A DNA stretch of 51,111 nt from an uncultured Hyphomicrobiales bacterium (GCA_964625235.1 CAZVAZ010000002.1:7378-58488); one strand, 5' to 3'; shown: positions 35,284 to 44,004, numbered from the stretch's first letter. Notes: generated by a model from the letters alone, not told the origin. Numbers and translations are program-made.

Positions 35284-37236
35284 TCACGAATAAAGTTCGT
35301 CAGTCTCAGGTGGCAATCCTTTTGCAACACGATCTATCACCATTTCGAAACGACGTGCGCACACGTCGGCGGCAAACCATTTGAGCGCAAATGTTCGCGA
35401 TTGCACAGACATTTCCTGCCGTTTTTCCGGGTCGTTTACCAGATCTCTCAACACACCTTCGATTGTCTGCTCAGTGGCATTCAGGGCGGGCGCTTCGGCA
35501 ATGGTGCGAAGCTCGGGCATTCCCTCACCTTGCCCGGGCATCAGCCGTGTGATTACGGGTTTTCCCTGCATGAAGCTTTCGCGTCCATTGGCGCCAATCC
35601 GACCGTAGTTCAGCTGATCAACAACGATATCGGCTTGCGCCTTGTAGTAGCGGACCTTCTGGATTGGAAGCTTGGAGGCAAAAAACAGTTTAACGCCAAG
35701 CCCTTCTTCCTGCAATCTGGCAATAGCCGCCTCGATCGCAGTGCTGCCCTTGATGTCACGACCACCAACGCGTCTGGTTTCAAGGTTCCCCACCGCATGG
35801 TAAATCAGGATTTCGCCTGGTTTGCGCTCGATGCGCATTTCTTCCGGCACTTCGAGATCGGGGGTCCAGTATTCCGGATCAAGGGCGGATGTAACTGGCC
35901 CGCGCACGAACTTCGGCCCAACACGATCGCCAACCGCCCAATCTCCTTCGATGCCGATCCAGTCACAGACATCGTCCAGGGTGTGTGCCCATGCTTCGTT
36001 TTTAGCGTCGCTACAAATATCAGGGCGAAGTTCCCAGACACAGCGCCCGCAAACATTATCTGAAATTTTCCTGACTGCTGATTGAGTTGCACCATCAGCG
36101 CAACCGCTCACTGAATACCCGATGATGGTGCGGTGGCGGCGAAGTTCCATAAAATCCCACGGAAATCTGGTTCTGTTCTTGGCGTTGTCATTGTTTTCCA
36201 GGAAAAAACTGGGCTGGTATTGACCGTAAAAATGCAAGGCTCCAAAGCGTTCCGGGACGGTCTGCAAAAATTCACAAATCTGCCGGTGCCGGATTGCGGG
36301 ATCGTCGTGATAAAGGTTGATATCTTCGCCAAAATAAAACTGCTGCTGCGCGCTATCCGGAGGCTCTACAGACACGGTGATCGCGTCCCATCCGCGTTTT
36401 TTTAACGCAGCAGCAAGCGTGTTGAAGTGATAGTAATTATTATGGAGAAATACCACGGATCGCGATTTTGGCTGGGCTGGCACCAGCTTCGGCAACAGGT
36501 CGGCTGCATCGAAAGGCAGGGGCACACCTTTTTCAGTACCTGCAAGCTTTGGCAGATATGCCGCCTGCCCATTGGCCATAAAATCGATAAGGTCGGGCTC
36601 ACGCTTGAGGGCATCCATAGTATCGTTGTAGAGGCGTTGCTCCGCTTCAGTGGTGTCCAGCTGCATATCATCCATATGCAAAGTGGATTTCTTCAACTTC
36701 ATTGCATCAAAAATAAGTCGCGCACCTTTGGGATACCTGCTGATAAATTCCAGTAGCTGCGACTGATCTTCAGGCGGGCCAAGACGGCCTTGTGCATCCA
36801 GACGCTGCAAGACAACCCGCTGAACCTTGCCAGCGTTAAGATCGTTGCATATCGCTTCACCGGAAATGCCACTAAATCCTTCCGGTATCTTTCCACCTTC
36901 CCCGATTGCTACAAATCGCAGAGTTTCTTTTCGGCGCACACCGAAAACCCGACCTTCCGTTGAAAATGCTTGCTGCCAAAAAGGATCGTTCTTGACGCCT
37001 TCAAAAAATGCTTGGCGAAGGGCCTCCAGCTCCTCATTCAATTTATTGTTGGAAATCTGTAACTCCAGCACTTCTTGGTTTAATTTCTCAAGCGAGGAAT
37101 TAACAGAAGTTCGCCAATCATTAACAAAAGCCCGCCACTCACGAAACCTTCGCAGCAGGTTGATCTTAGCACAGGTCATACGAATTCGTTCACCTAACGA
37201 TACGTCATTTCGCTGTGGGCAATCATTTTTGTTCAT
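35284..37236 (-). CDS. Large hypothetical protein: N-terminal coiled coil, an unknown middle domain and a C-terminal GT-B (GT4-like) glycosyltransferase-like domain with a Cys cluster
   Basis: The heptad-like stretch is SLEKLNQEVLELQISNNKLNEELEALRQAF. The C-terminal GRIGANGRESFMQGKPVITRL resembles the GT4 E-x7-E/acceptor region. A cysteine cluster reads SGCADG...CGRCVWELRPDIC. It is 650 aa and I recognise no family for residues 90-270. Confidence 0.4.
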   Translation of the reverse strand: MNKNDCPQRNDVSLGERIRMTCAKINLLRRFREWRAFVNDWRTSVNSSLEKLNQEVLELQISNNKLNEELEALRQAFFEGVKNDPFWQQAFSTEGRVFGVRRKETLRFVAIGEGGKIPEGFSGISGEAICNDLNAGKVQRVVLQRLDAQGRLGPPEDQSQLLEFISRYPKGARLIFDAMKLKKSTLHMDDMQLDTTEAEQRLYNDTMDALKREPDLIDFMANGQAAYLPKLAGTEKGVPLPFDAADLLPKLVPAQPKSRSVVFLHNNYYHFNTLAAALKKRGWDAITVSVEPPDSAQQQFYFGEDINLYHDDPAIRHRQICEFLQTVPERFGALHFYGQYQPSFFLENNDNAKNRTRFPWDFMELRRHRTIIGYSVSGCADGATQSAVRKISDNVCGRCVWELRPDICSDAKNEAWAHTLDDVCDWIGIEGDWAVGDRVGPKFVRGPVTSALDPEYWTPDLEVPEEMRIERKPGEILIYHAVGNLETRRVGGRDIKGSTAIEAAIARLQEEGLGVKLFFASKLPIQKVRYYKAQADIVVDQLNYGRIGANGRESFMQGKPVITRLMPGQGEGMPELRTIAEAPALNATEQTIEGVLRDLVNDPEKRQEMSVQSRTFALKWFAADVCARRFEMVIDRVAKGLPPETDELYS

Positions 37237-37240
37237 GTTG

Positions 37241-38209
37241 TCAACTCACAGCCCTGTCCGCCTGACGCCAGGCGATGAGCTGTTTGAGGCCGTCTTTCAG
37301 AGGGATTTTGGCCGTAAATCCAATCTCTTGTGTCGCGCGTTCAGGACAGCCAATGCGATTGCGCACCAACGTTGCCGCACTGCGTGGGGCATATTGTATC
37401 TCCTGGTTGCAACCCGTCAATTGGCAGAGAATTTCAGCCAGTTCCTTCAGTGACGTTCGCGTGCCCGTGCCAACATTGTAGAACTGGTCGACAGTATCAG
37501 CGCGCAGGGCGCAAAGATTTGCACGCGCACAATCTTCGACCGCGACAAAATCAAAGGCTTCCGAGCCATCACCCAGAATAGTTGGCCCTTCGCCACGGTC
37601 GATGGCATCCAGCATTTTCATGATGACGGCGATATAAGCACCCTTGTAGTCCTGGCGCGGCCCGTAAACATTCATATATCTGAGACCGGCAACATTGAGG
37701 CCGTAACGATGATGGAAGGCGCGCGCCATGGCTTCACCGCAAATCTTGGTGGCACCATAAAAATTTTTGTTATTGAACGGATGGTCTTCGGTCATGGGTT
37801 CGGACACGGCATCGCCATAGACTGAGGCCGAGGAGGAATAAATCAGGCGCTTTATACCTTTGGCGACACAGGCTTCAAGTACATTGAACATGCCGCGCAC
37901 ATTGACGTCGAATGCAGCACGCGGATATTCGTGGCATTGCAGCAGCCACAGTGCGGCCAGATGGAAGACGCCATCGGCACCTTCCAGAGCGCTTTCGAGA
38001 ACATCGCTTTGCAGGATGTCGCCACCAGCTTCATAAATCTTCACCCGTGGATCACTCATTGCAGCTTCAAGGTTTTCGTGCCGACCGCGAACGAAGTTGT
38101 CATAAATCAGAATCTCACCAACGTCGGTCGCAACCAGCTGATCGACAAGATGTGATCCGATAAGGCCCGCACCGCCTACCACCACTATTTTTTTACCTTT
38201 TATATCCAT
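37241..38209 (-). CDS. NAD-dependent sugar epimerase (GalE/UDP-sugar 4-epimerase-like SDR)
   Basis: KIVVVGGAGLIGSHLVDQL and YGATKICGE (YxxxK) are present. It is 322 aa. Confidence 0.85.
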   Translation of the reverse strand: MDIKGKKIVVVGGAGLIGSHLVDQLVATDVGEILIYDNFVRGRHENLEAAMSDPRVKIYEAGGDILQSDVLESALEGADGVFHLAALWLLQCHEYPRAAFDVNVRGMFNVLEACVAKGIKRLIYSSSASVYGDAVSEPMTEDHPFNNKNFYGATKICGEAMARAFHHRYGLNVAGLRYMNVYGPRQDYKGAYIAVIMKMLDAIDRGEGPTILGDGSEAFDFVAVEDCARANLCALRADTVDQFYNVGTGTRTSLKELAEILCQLTGCNQEIQYAPRSAATLVRNRIGCPERATQEIGFTAKIPLKDGLKQLIAWRQADRAVS

Positions 38210-38249
38210 AATATTTCCAGATTTTTACTTCCATCAACGATAGTCTTGC

Positions 38250-40163
38250 TCATGGTGCCATACTGCGCCATTCAGCCGCCTTGTCGTGAAACGCCTGCTG
38301 CCACAGCTCGAGACTCAACAAGCCCCAGGTTTTGCGTGAAAAGCGGCTGTCGGCATTGAAACTCTCGAGAACCTTGTCAGAACGCATGAACGGACGGGAT
38401 TTGGCTGTTTGCGAGGAAAAAATATCGCGAACATAGTCTTTGAGCTCATTGCCATACCATTCTTTCAAAGGCACCGGGAACCCCATTTTGTCGCGCCGTG
38501 ACAGCAGTTTTTCCGGTAAAACGTCACTGAAGGCTGTTTTGAGCATATGCTTCATGTTGCCGCTTTCGAATTTTACGTCAGCGGGTACGGTGGCGGCGAA
38601 TTCGATCAGTGGATGATCCAGCATCGGCACCCGGCTTTCCAGACCATGGGCCATGCTCATGCGGTCTTCCACCTGCAACAGCGCTGGCAGCAGGCACTTG
38701 AAATCGAAATGCGTCATTTTATCAAAATAGGCTTCCTGGCGCACATTAGTGGTGGAATTGAAAATTCCTTCAAAGCGCTCAAACACACTTTCTTTATCAA
38801 GCCCGGTCCAGTCAACTTCGTCCTGCAAATCGTTGGAACGATCTATCAGGCGGAAATAGCGCTGGTCGAGATCTCCAAACAGGCCTTCCTGCCACAGCAT
38901 TTGCATCATTGGTTTATATTCGCGCAAAACTCCGAGATTGGGCACAATTGATTCAATCGTGACAATGTAATTGCCATTTCTGTAGGTGCCATCGAGTGCC
39001 GCTTTTAAGGACTGCTCCAGATAAGCCACCAGATAGCGGGCATAGCCGCCGAAAATCTCGTCACCGCCTTGCCCGCCGAGCACCACTTTAACGTGGCGCG
39101 CGGCAAGTTCAGAAACCATATATTGAGGAAATGAACCCGGACCGGCAACCGGATAATCAAGATGATATATGACTTTTTGAATGTTGCTTTCGAAATCACT
39201 GGCGGTTATGTCGCATTGAAAAAGCTCACCGTTAGCCGCATCGGCGGCAATTTCGGCATATGGGCTTTCATCATAGCCGCTATAATCAGTGAACTTGCCA
39301 TGGAAAAACTGGCGGTTTTGCGAGTTATGTCTGGCAGCCAGAATTGAGGTCAGGCTGGAATCGATACCACCCGACATATAACCGCCAACAGGAACATCGG
39401 CGCGCAGGTGAATATCAATTGAATCTTCCATGAGTTCGCGCAGCCGGTTGTAGAAATAGCGCGGTGAATGATCCCAGTCGATATTATAGTTCACATCCCA
39501 ATAGCGTTGAATGCTCATGTGGTTGTTTTCGATCACCAGCCGGTGGCCGGGCATCAATTGCTTTACGCCCTTGAACAAGGTGAGATCATCGACTGAGTAC
39601 TGGAAAGTCAGGTATTGCGCCAACGCCTCAGGCTCGGTGTCGATCTCCGGCAAAAACGGCATTAGCGCCTTGGGCTCGGAGGCAAAGTAAAAAACACCAT
39701 CCACAGTCGCATAATAAAATGGCTTGATGCCAAAACGGTCGCGCGCGGCAATCAGGCGTTGGCGTTTCTCATCCCAAATGGCGAACGCGAACATACCGCG
39801 CAGATGGGTGGTGAAGTCATCGCCATAGCGTTCATAGGCGGCGAGAATGGTCTCGGTATCGGAGGAACCCTTGAACGGCCAGTCACCTTTGAGTGCCTCG
39901 CGCAATTCCAGATAGTTGTAAACTTCGCCGTTATGAGAGATGACGCAGCCGTTGGGCCCGCTCATCGGCTGGGCGCCGGTCTCCGACAGGTCAATGATTG
40001 ACAATCGCCGGTGCGCCAGCCCCGCCTGGTCATTAGCGGCGCACCATACGCCCTCGCCATCGGGGCCGCGATGAGCAATAATCTCGCCCATGACCTGCAG
40101 CTTGCGCTGCAGATGCCTGACCGGTTGACCGCTGATACTGACTATTCCGGCAATTCCACACAT
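38250..40163 (-). CDS. Asparagine synthase-like glutamine-dependent amidotransferase (second copy)
   Basis: It has N-terminal MCGIAG and the PP-loop YMSGGIDSSLTS. It is 637 aa and is the first gene of the long operon. Confidence 0.9.
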   Translation of the reverse strand: MCGIAGIVSISGQPVRHLQRKLQVMGEIIAHRGPDGEGVWCAANDQAGLAHRRLSIIDLSETGAQPMSGPNGCVISHNGEVYNYLELREALKGDWPFKGSSDTETILAAYERYGDDFTTHLRGMFAFAIWDEKRQRLIAARDRFGIKPFYYATVDGVFYFASEPKALMPFLPEIDTEPEALAQYLTFQYSVDDLTLFKGVKQLMPGHRLVIENNHMSIQRYWDVNYNIDWDHSPRYFYNRLRELMEDSIDIHLRADVPVGGYMSGGIDSSLTSILAARHNSQNRQFFHGKFTDYSGYDESPYAEIAADAANGELFQCDITASDFESNIQKVIYHLDYPVAGPGSFPQYMVSELAARHVKVVLGGQGGDEIFGGYARYLVAYLEQSLKAALDGTYRNGNYIVTIESIVPNLGVLREYKPMMQMLWQEGLFGDLDQRYFRLIDRSNDLQDEVDWTGLDKESVFERFEGIFNSTTNVRQEAYFDKMTHFDFKCLLPALLQVEDRMSMAHGLESRVPMLDHPLIEFAATVPADVKFESGNMKHMLKTAFSDVLPEKLLSRRDKMGFPVPLKEWYGNELKDYVRDIFSSQTAKSRPFMRSDKVLESFNADSRFSRKTWGLLSLELWQQAFHDKAAEWRSMAP

Positions 40164-40311
40164 ATCGCAGAAAACTCCTTTTCGCAGGCCAGTTAGACCT
40201 GTAACACTGACAAACGTTTTGGCGCTGATTTTATGGCTTGTAGGACGGTAAGGCTCACTGGTTTAAATTTCCTTGCGGACAAGAAGTATGGCAGAAAAAA
40301 AACTGCTTTTC

Positions 40312-40324
40312 CACGGCTACCGCA
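40312..40324 (-). promoter_or_regulatory. ops/JUMPStart-like element in the operon leader
   Basis: The minus strand reads TGCGGTAGCCGTG. The core GCGGTAGC is identical to positions 2-9 of the E. coli ops consensus GGCGGTAGCGTG, with a 1-nt insertion before GTG. It lies in the 271-nt leader between the NusG-paralog gene and the first biosynthetic gene, and a U8 tract (40295-40302) follows it. Confidence 0.45.
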
Positions 40325-40434
40325 GGGGAGGGTGAACGACCATCTTCCCGGTACGAGGCTTTTAGACTAGAGTGTTCAGAAGCTGAATGTCAATATCATT
40401 TTTCAGATTTCCGACCGCATCCAAGCGCTGTGCC

Positions 40435-40929
40435 TCAGGCTTCAACCACTCTTTTTGAGGACATGCGAACGCGAACTTTTCTACCCAGAATTTCCATCAG
40501 CGTCCAAATACGGTCCTTGTCATCAATCTTGATTATCTGGCCGATTGCATCATGAAAGGCGGTGCCGTAACATCGTATTTTCTGGCCCGGACTGAAACGC
40601 TCATGAGGCGCGGGAGCCTTTAATTCACCGGCATTTTCTAACGATTTCAAATCGGCAACAAACGCATCGGGTACAGGACTGAGGTGGTCTGAAAACATCA
40701 CAACAGCGCGCACACCGCGAGAAAAAACAATCGGACGCCACTGGTCGTGATCCGGGTCAATCCTGACAAACAGGTAGCCTGGAAAAAACGGTCGCAAAAC
40801 TGTTGTGGTTTTGCGGGCATGGCGCCTCGTGGCTTCGACCCTCGGGCAATAACATTCAAATCCCTGCCGTTCAATATTGGCAAAAGCCAAATCTTCGGCG
40901 TTGGCGTGGGTGTTGACAGCTATCCACAT
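40435..40929 (-). CDS. NusG-paralog transcription antiterminator (RfaH/UpxY/ActX-like)
   Basis: The NGN-domain pattern is WIAVNTHANAEDLAFANIERQGFECYCPRV...RPFFPGYLFVRID, and the C-terminal region is KOW-like. It is 164 aa. Confidence 0.8.
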   Translation of the reverse strand: MWIAVNTHANAEDLAFANIERQGFECYCPRVEATRRHARKTTTVLRPFFPGYLFVRIDPDHDQWRPIVFSRGVRAVVMFSDHLSPVPDAFVADLKSLENAGELKAPAPHERFSPGQKIRCYGTAFHDAIGQIIKIDDKDRIWTLMEILGRKVRVRMSSKRVVEA

Positions 40930-40943
40930 GAATTTGATGGCTC

Positions 40944-41561
40944 CTAGATAAAGGCCGGGATCAGCGCTTGGGAATGATTAAGGTTGAGTTTTGTCAGAAG
41001 CGCTTCAAGATCGCATTTTTCAGGCAGTTTGATGTCCGGCCCTGTGCCTATAATGGCGTCCACAAGCCCGCCCGGCACGCTGGCTATAACGTCTTGAACC
41101 GTTGATTTCACCGGCAACCCGGCGCAGGTGCTGTTTTTGGACGCAGCATCAAATACACAATGGGCCGTGACATCATCAATCCGTGACAGCACCAGCATGG
41201 CCAATTCGGCAAGCTCACTGTCACCAACCAGAACAATATCCTTCCAGCCATTGGCGCGGCAAAGGTTGAACAATGCCTCATATTGCTGACGTCCGACACG
41301 AAAAATATCAAACGAAATACTGAGATATTCGGCTGTAAGGCGGGTTTTTTCCGCAAAACCATCCGGCGTGAGATAATAAAGATAGCGTTTGACCGGCACC
41401 TGGCTAAGCTTGACCAGCCCCTTTTTGACACAACGCCTGAGGTGCCAGTTGATGGTGCCTACCGAAACACTGAGCGCTTCGGAAAGCTTGCGCTGGGAGA
41501 CACCGGGATCCCTGTCAATCTCAACCAGCAACTCTCGTACTATTCGTTCTTCAGACATCAC
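40944..41561 (-). CDS. Winged-helix (MarR-type, EPS-associated) transcriptional regulator with an extra C-terminal alpha/beta domain
   Basis: The N-terminal wHTH is VSQRKLSEALSVSVGTINWHLRRCVKKGLVKL. The C-terminal region (DIVLVGDSELAELAMLVL...) looks Rossmann/CoA-binding-like but lacks a GxGxxG motif. Confidence 0.65.
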   Translation of the reverse strand: MMSEERIVRELLVEIDRDPGVSQRKLSEALSVSVGTINWHLRRCVKKGLVKLSQVPVKRYLYYLTPDGFAEKTRLTAEYLSISFDIFRVGRQQYEALFNLCRANGWKDIVLVGDSELAELAMLVLSRIDDVTAHCVFDAASKNSTCAGLPVKSTVQDVIASVPGGLVDAIIGTGPDIKLPEKCDLEALLTKLNLNHSQALIPAFI

Positions 41562-41579
41562 ACTTCACTATAATTTTGC

Positions 41580-41596
41580 TGTTCATAATATGAACA
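41580..41596. promoter_or_regulatory. 17-bp palindrome, candidate operator upstream of the MarR-type regulator
   Basis: TGTTCATA-A-TATGAACA lies 19 nt upstream of the regulator start codon at 41561. Confidence 0.4.
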
Positions 41597-41711
41597 TAGA
41601 GAATATGTGATATCTTTAGCATCGCAAAGTCAAGGCTTTTCAACAAACTGTCGCTGCGCTACGGAACGCCTTTTCTTCAAGCCAATCTACCCAAATCAGG
41701 TGGAATTCACC

Positions 41712-42758
41712 TCATATTACAGAGCCTAGCATCTCGGCGATGCGTCGACCAGCATTGCCGTCGCCATAGAGTTCAGTTGCCGGCACCTGGCCTGTCGCAG
41801 CCCAGTTAATCGCAGCAGTAATTTCCAGTGGATCAGCCCCCGTCAAGCGATTGACACCCGTTTCGACAAGCTCTGTCCACTCGGTCTCATCGCGCAACGT
41901 GACACAACGCTTGCCGAGAAAATAAGCCTCTTTTTGCAGGCCGCCGGAATCCGTCAACACAAATGAAGCACCACTCACCAGAGCGATCATCTCCAGATAT
42001 GATACCGGCTCACAGAATTCAACATTTTGCGGCGCTTCCAGACCATGAGTGACAAGAGCGTTGCGTGTACGCGGGTGGATGGGCCATCTAACCGGCAATT
42101 CAGCTGTGGCAATACCGCGAAGAATTCCAGCCAAACGCGCCGGGTCATCAGTGTTTTCGGCTCTATGAACTGTTAAGACAGCGTAGGGTTCTTTATCGTT
42201 ACTTGTTATCCGGCCGCGATAATAAAGCACGGCATCATACATGACATCCCCGACCATATGAACACCGCTGGTAATGCCTTCACGCGCCAGATTATCTTTG
42301 GCCGTCACGGAAGGTACGAACAAAAGCGTTGAAACATGGTCGGTTAAAACACGATTGATTTCTTCGGGCATCCGCCGGTTGTAACTTCTCAAGCCCGCCT
42401 CCACATGGGCGATCGGGATATTGAGCTTTGCTGCGGCCAGCGCACCGGCCAGGGTGGAGTTGGTGTCGCCATACACCAGCACCAGATCTGGTTGACGGGC
42501 TTCGATTTCACGCTCGCACAATTCCAGCATACGCCCGGTTGCCTGACCATGTTTTCCTCCGACGATCTCCAGATTGACTGCAGGTTTTGGGATATCCAGT
42601 TCAGCAAAGAAAACATCGCTCATATTGGCGTCATAATGCTGACCGGTGTGGATGATGTCCTCAACGATAGTACCGCCATCGAGATTGGCAATCGCACGAC
42701 TGACCACGGCACACTTGATAAACTGGGGGCGCGCTCCAACAAAACTTACTATTTTCAT
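41712..42758 (-). CDS. wecB: UDP-N-acetylglucosamine 2-epimerase (non-hydrolysing)
   Basis: MKIVSFVGARPQFIKCA, HVEAGLRSYNRRMPEEINR and the DSGGLQKEA motif are present. It is 348 aa. Confidence 0.9.
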   Translation of the reverse strand: MKIVSFVGARPQFIKCAVVSRAIANLDGGTIVEDIIHTGQHYDANMSDVFFAELDIPKPAVNLEIVGGKHGQATGRMLELCEREIEARQPDLVLVYGDTNSTLAGALAAAKLNIPIAHVEAGLRSYNRRMPEEINRVLTDHVSTLLFVPSVTAKDNLAREGITSGVHMVGDVMYDAVLYYRGRITSNDKEPYAVLTVHRAENTDDPARLAGILRGIATAELPVRWPIHPRTRNALVTHGLEAPQNVEFCEPVSYLEMIALVSGASFVLTDSGGLQKEAYFLGKRCVTLRDETEWTELVETGVNRLTGADPLEITAAINWAATGQVPATELYGDGNAGRRIAEMLGSVI

Positions 42759-42803
42759 ACAACCTCAAGATGCTCGGATCAGAATCCAAGCCTGCTATGG
42801 CGG

Positions 42804-42824
42804 CAAATTGTCAAATTGTCAAAT
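42804..42824. repeat. Tandem CAAATTGT repeats in a divergent promoter region
   Basis: CAAATTGT-CAAATTGT-CAAAT occupies 42804-42824, with a further CAAATTG at 42846-42852. The site lies between wecB (-) and the DUF2793 gene (+). Confidence 0.5.
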
Positions 42825-42934
42825 ATCCTGCTGGCATTTTTGCTGCAAATTGAAAGCTGTTAAGCGATTAATCCCCGGCCTCGCATCGTGTCTTAGGATG
42901 CAATTTTTCTGATTGCAGTAGCGAGAGCAAAGTA

Positions 42935-44002
42935 ATGAACAATACTCCCAACCTGAAGATGCCGAACATCGAAGCAGCCCAGGCGCAAAAACACATTACC
43001 CATAATGAGGCGTTGCGGGTTCTCGATGCCATTGTGCAACTCAGTGTCAACGACCGTGACCTGACCACCGCACCTCTGTCGCCTGTTGATGGCGCACGCT
43101 ATATTGTTGCGGCTGCCGCCACTGGTATATGGGCGGGTAAAGATCAACAGATCGCCGCCTGGCAGGACAATGCCTGGGATTATTATGTGCCCCAGGAGGG
43201 CTGGCTGGCCTGGGTAGCGGATGAGGACAAATTACTGGCATGGGATGGCACAGTGTGGAACGAAGTTTCCGGCGGTGGCGGCGGCTCAGCTAATCTGAAC
43301 CCGGCTGATGGCGGGTTGATCGGGATAAACTCGACTGCCAGTACGACCAACCGCCTGTCGGTATCGTCACCCGCGACACTGTTTAATCACGAAGGTAATG
43401 GCCACCAGCAGAAGATAAACAAAAACACGGCTGGCGATACGGCCAGCCAGCTTTACCAAAGTGGTTTTTCAGGACGCGCCGAAATTGGCCTGACCGGCGA
43501 TGATGATTTCCATTTTAAAGTAAGCCCTGATGGCACCAGTTGGGTTGAAGCCATTAACATTGACCGCAACAACGGCATGACATCGCTATTGCTCCCGGCG
43601 GTGCAGGTGACAAAATCTGTAACGCAATCAATCGCCAATTCCACCGTTACCACTTTAACCTGGGATACAGAGAATTTCGACACCGATATCATGCACGATA
43701 CTGTCACCAATAATTCACGGTTAACCGCGCGCAAAGCCGGTAAGTACGTCATCTTCATGAACATTGTTTTTTCAAGCAGCAATACCGGCGGCAGGCAGCT
43801 TTTAATCCGTAAAAATGGCACCACACAACTATGGTCGAACTTTTTTGCCAACACGCTTGGTGGTCAGGATCAGTTGTTAACCGCAACAATCGCCGACCTT
43901 GCCGCCAATGATTATATCGAAGGTCAGGTATGGCACAGTGCTGGTGCCGCTATTGATGTCACCAACTTCAGCATAATGACCATGTACAAAGCCGGAGTTT
44001 AA
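42935..44002 (+). CDS. DUF2793-family protein with a C1q/TNF-like C-terminal domain (phage tail-fibre-like)
   Basis: The N-terminal PNLKMPNIEAAQAQKHITHNEALRVLDAIVQLSV...DGARYIV...AAWQDNAWDYYVPQEGWLAWV is the DUF2793 signature. A Gly run (SGGGGGS) follows. The C-terminal jelly-roll-like pattern is LTARKAGKYVIFMNIVFSS...LLIRKNG...DYIEGQVWH. Confidence 0.7.
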   Translation: MNNTPNLKMPNIEAAQAQKHITHNEALRVLDAIVQLSVNDRDLTTAPLSPVDGARYIVAAAATGIWAGKDQQIAAWQDNAWDYYVPQEGWLAWVADEDKLLAWDGTVWNEVSGGGGGSANLNPADGGLIGINSTASTTNRLSVSSPATLFNHEGNGHQQKINKNTAGDTASQLYQSGFSGRAEIGLTGDDDFHFKVSPDGTSWVEAINIDRNNGMTSLLLPAVQVTKSVTQSIANSTVTTLTWDTENFDTDIMHDTVTNNSRLTARKAGKYVIFMNIVFSSSNTGGRQLLIRKNGTTQLWSNFFANTLGGQDQLLTATIADLAANDYIEGQVWHSAGAAIDVTNFSIMTMYKAGV

Positions 44003-44004
44003 AA

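Noticed and set aside
35104-36063. A 319-aa + strand ORF
   Set aside because: It is antisense to the ends of the DegT gene and the 650-aa protein gene. It would break an otherwise contiguous minus-strand operon, and no family resemblance is visible.
40290-40330. An intrinsic terminator in the operon leader (U8 tract)
   Set aside because: Only a 4-bp GCAG/CTGC stem precedes the U-run, which is too weak to call a terminator. I report it only as context for the ops-like element.
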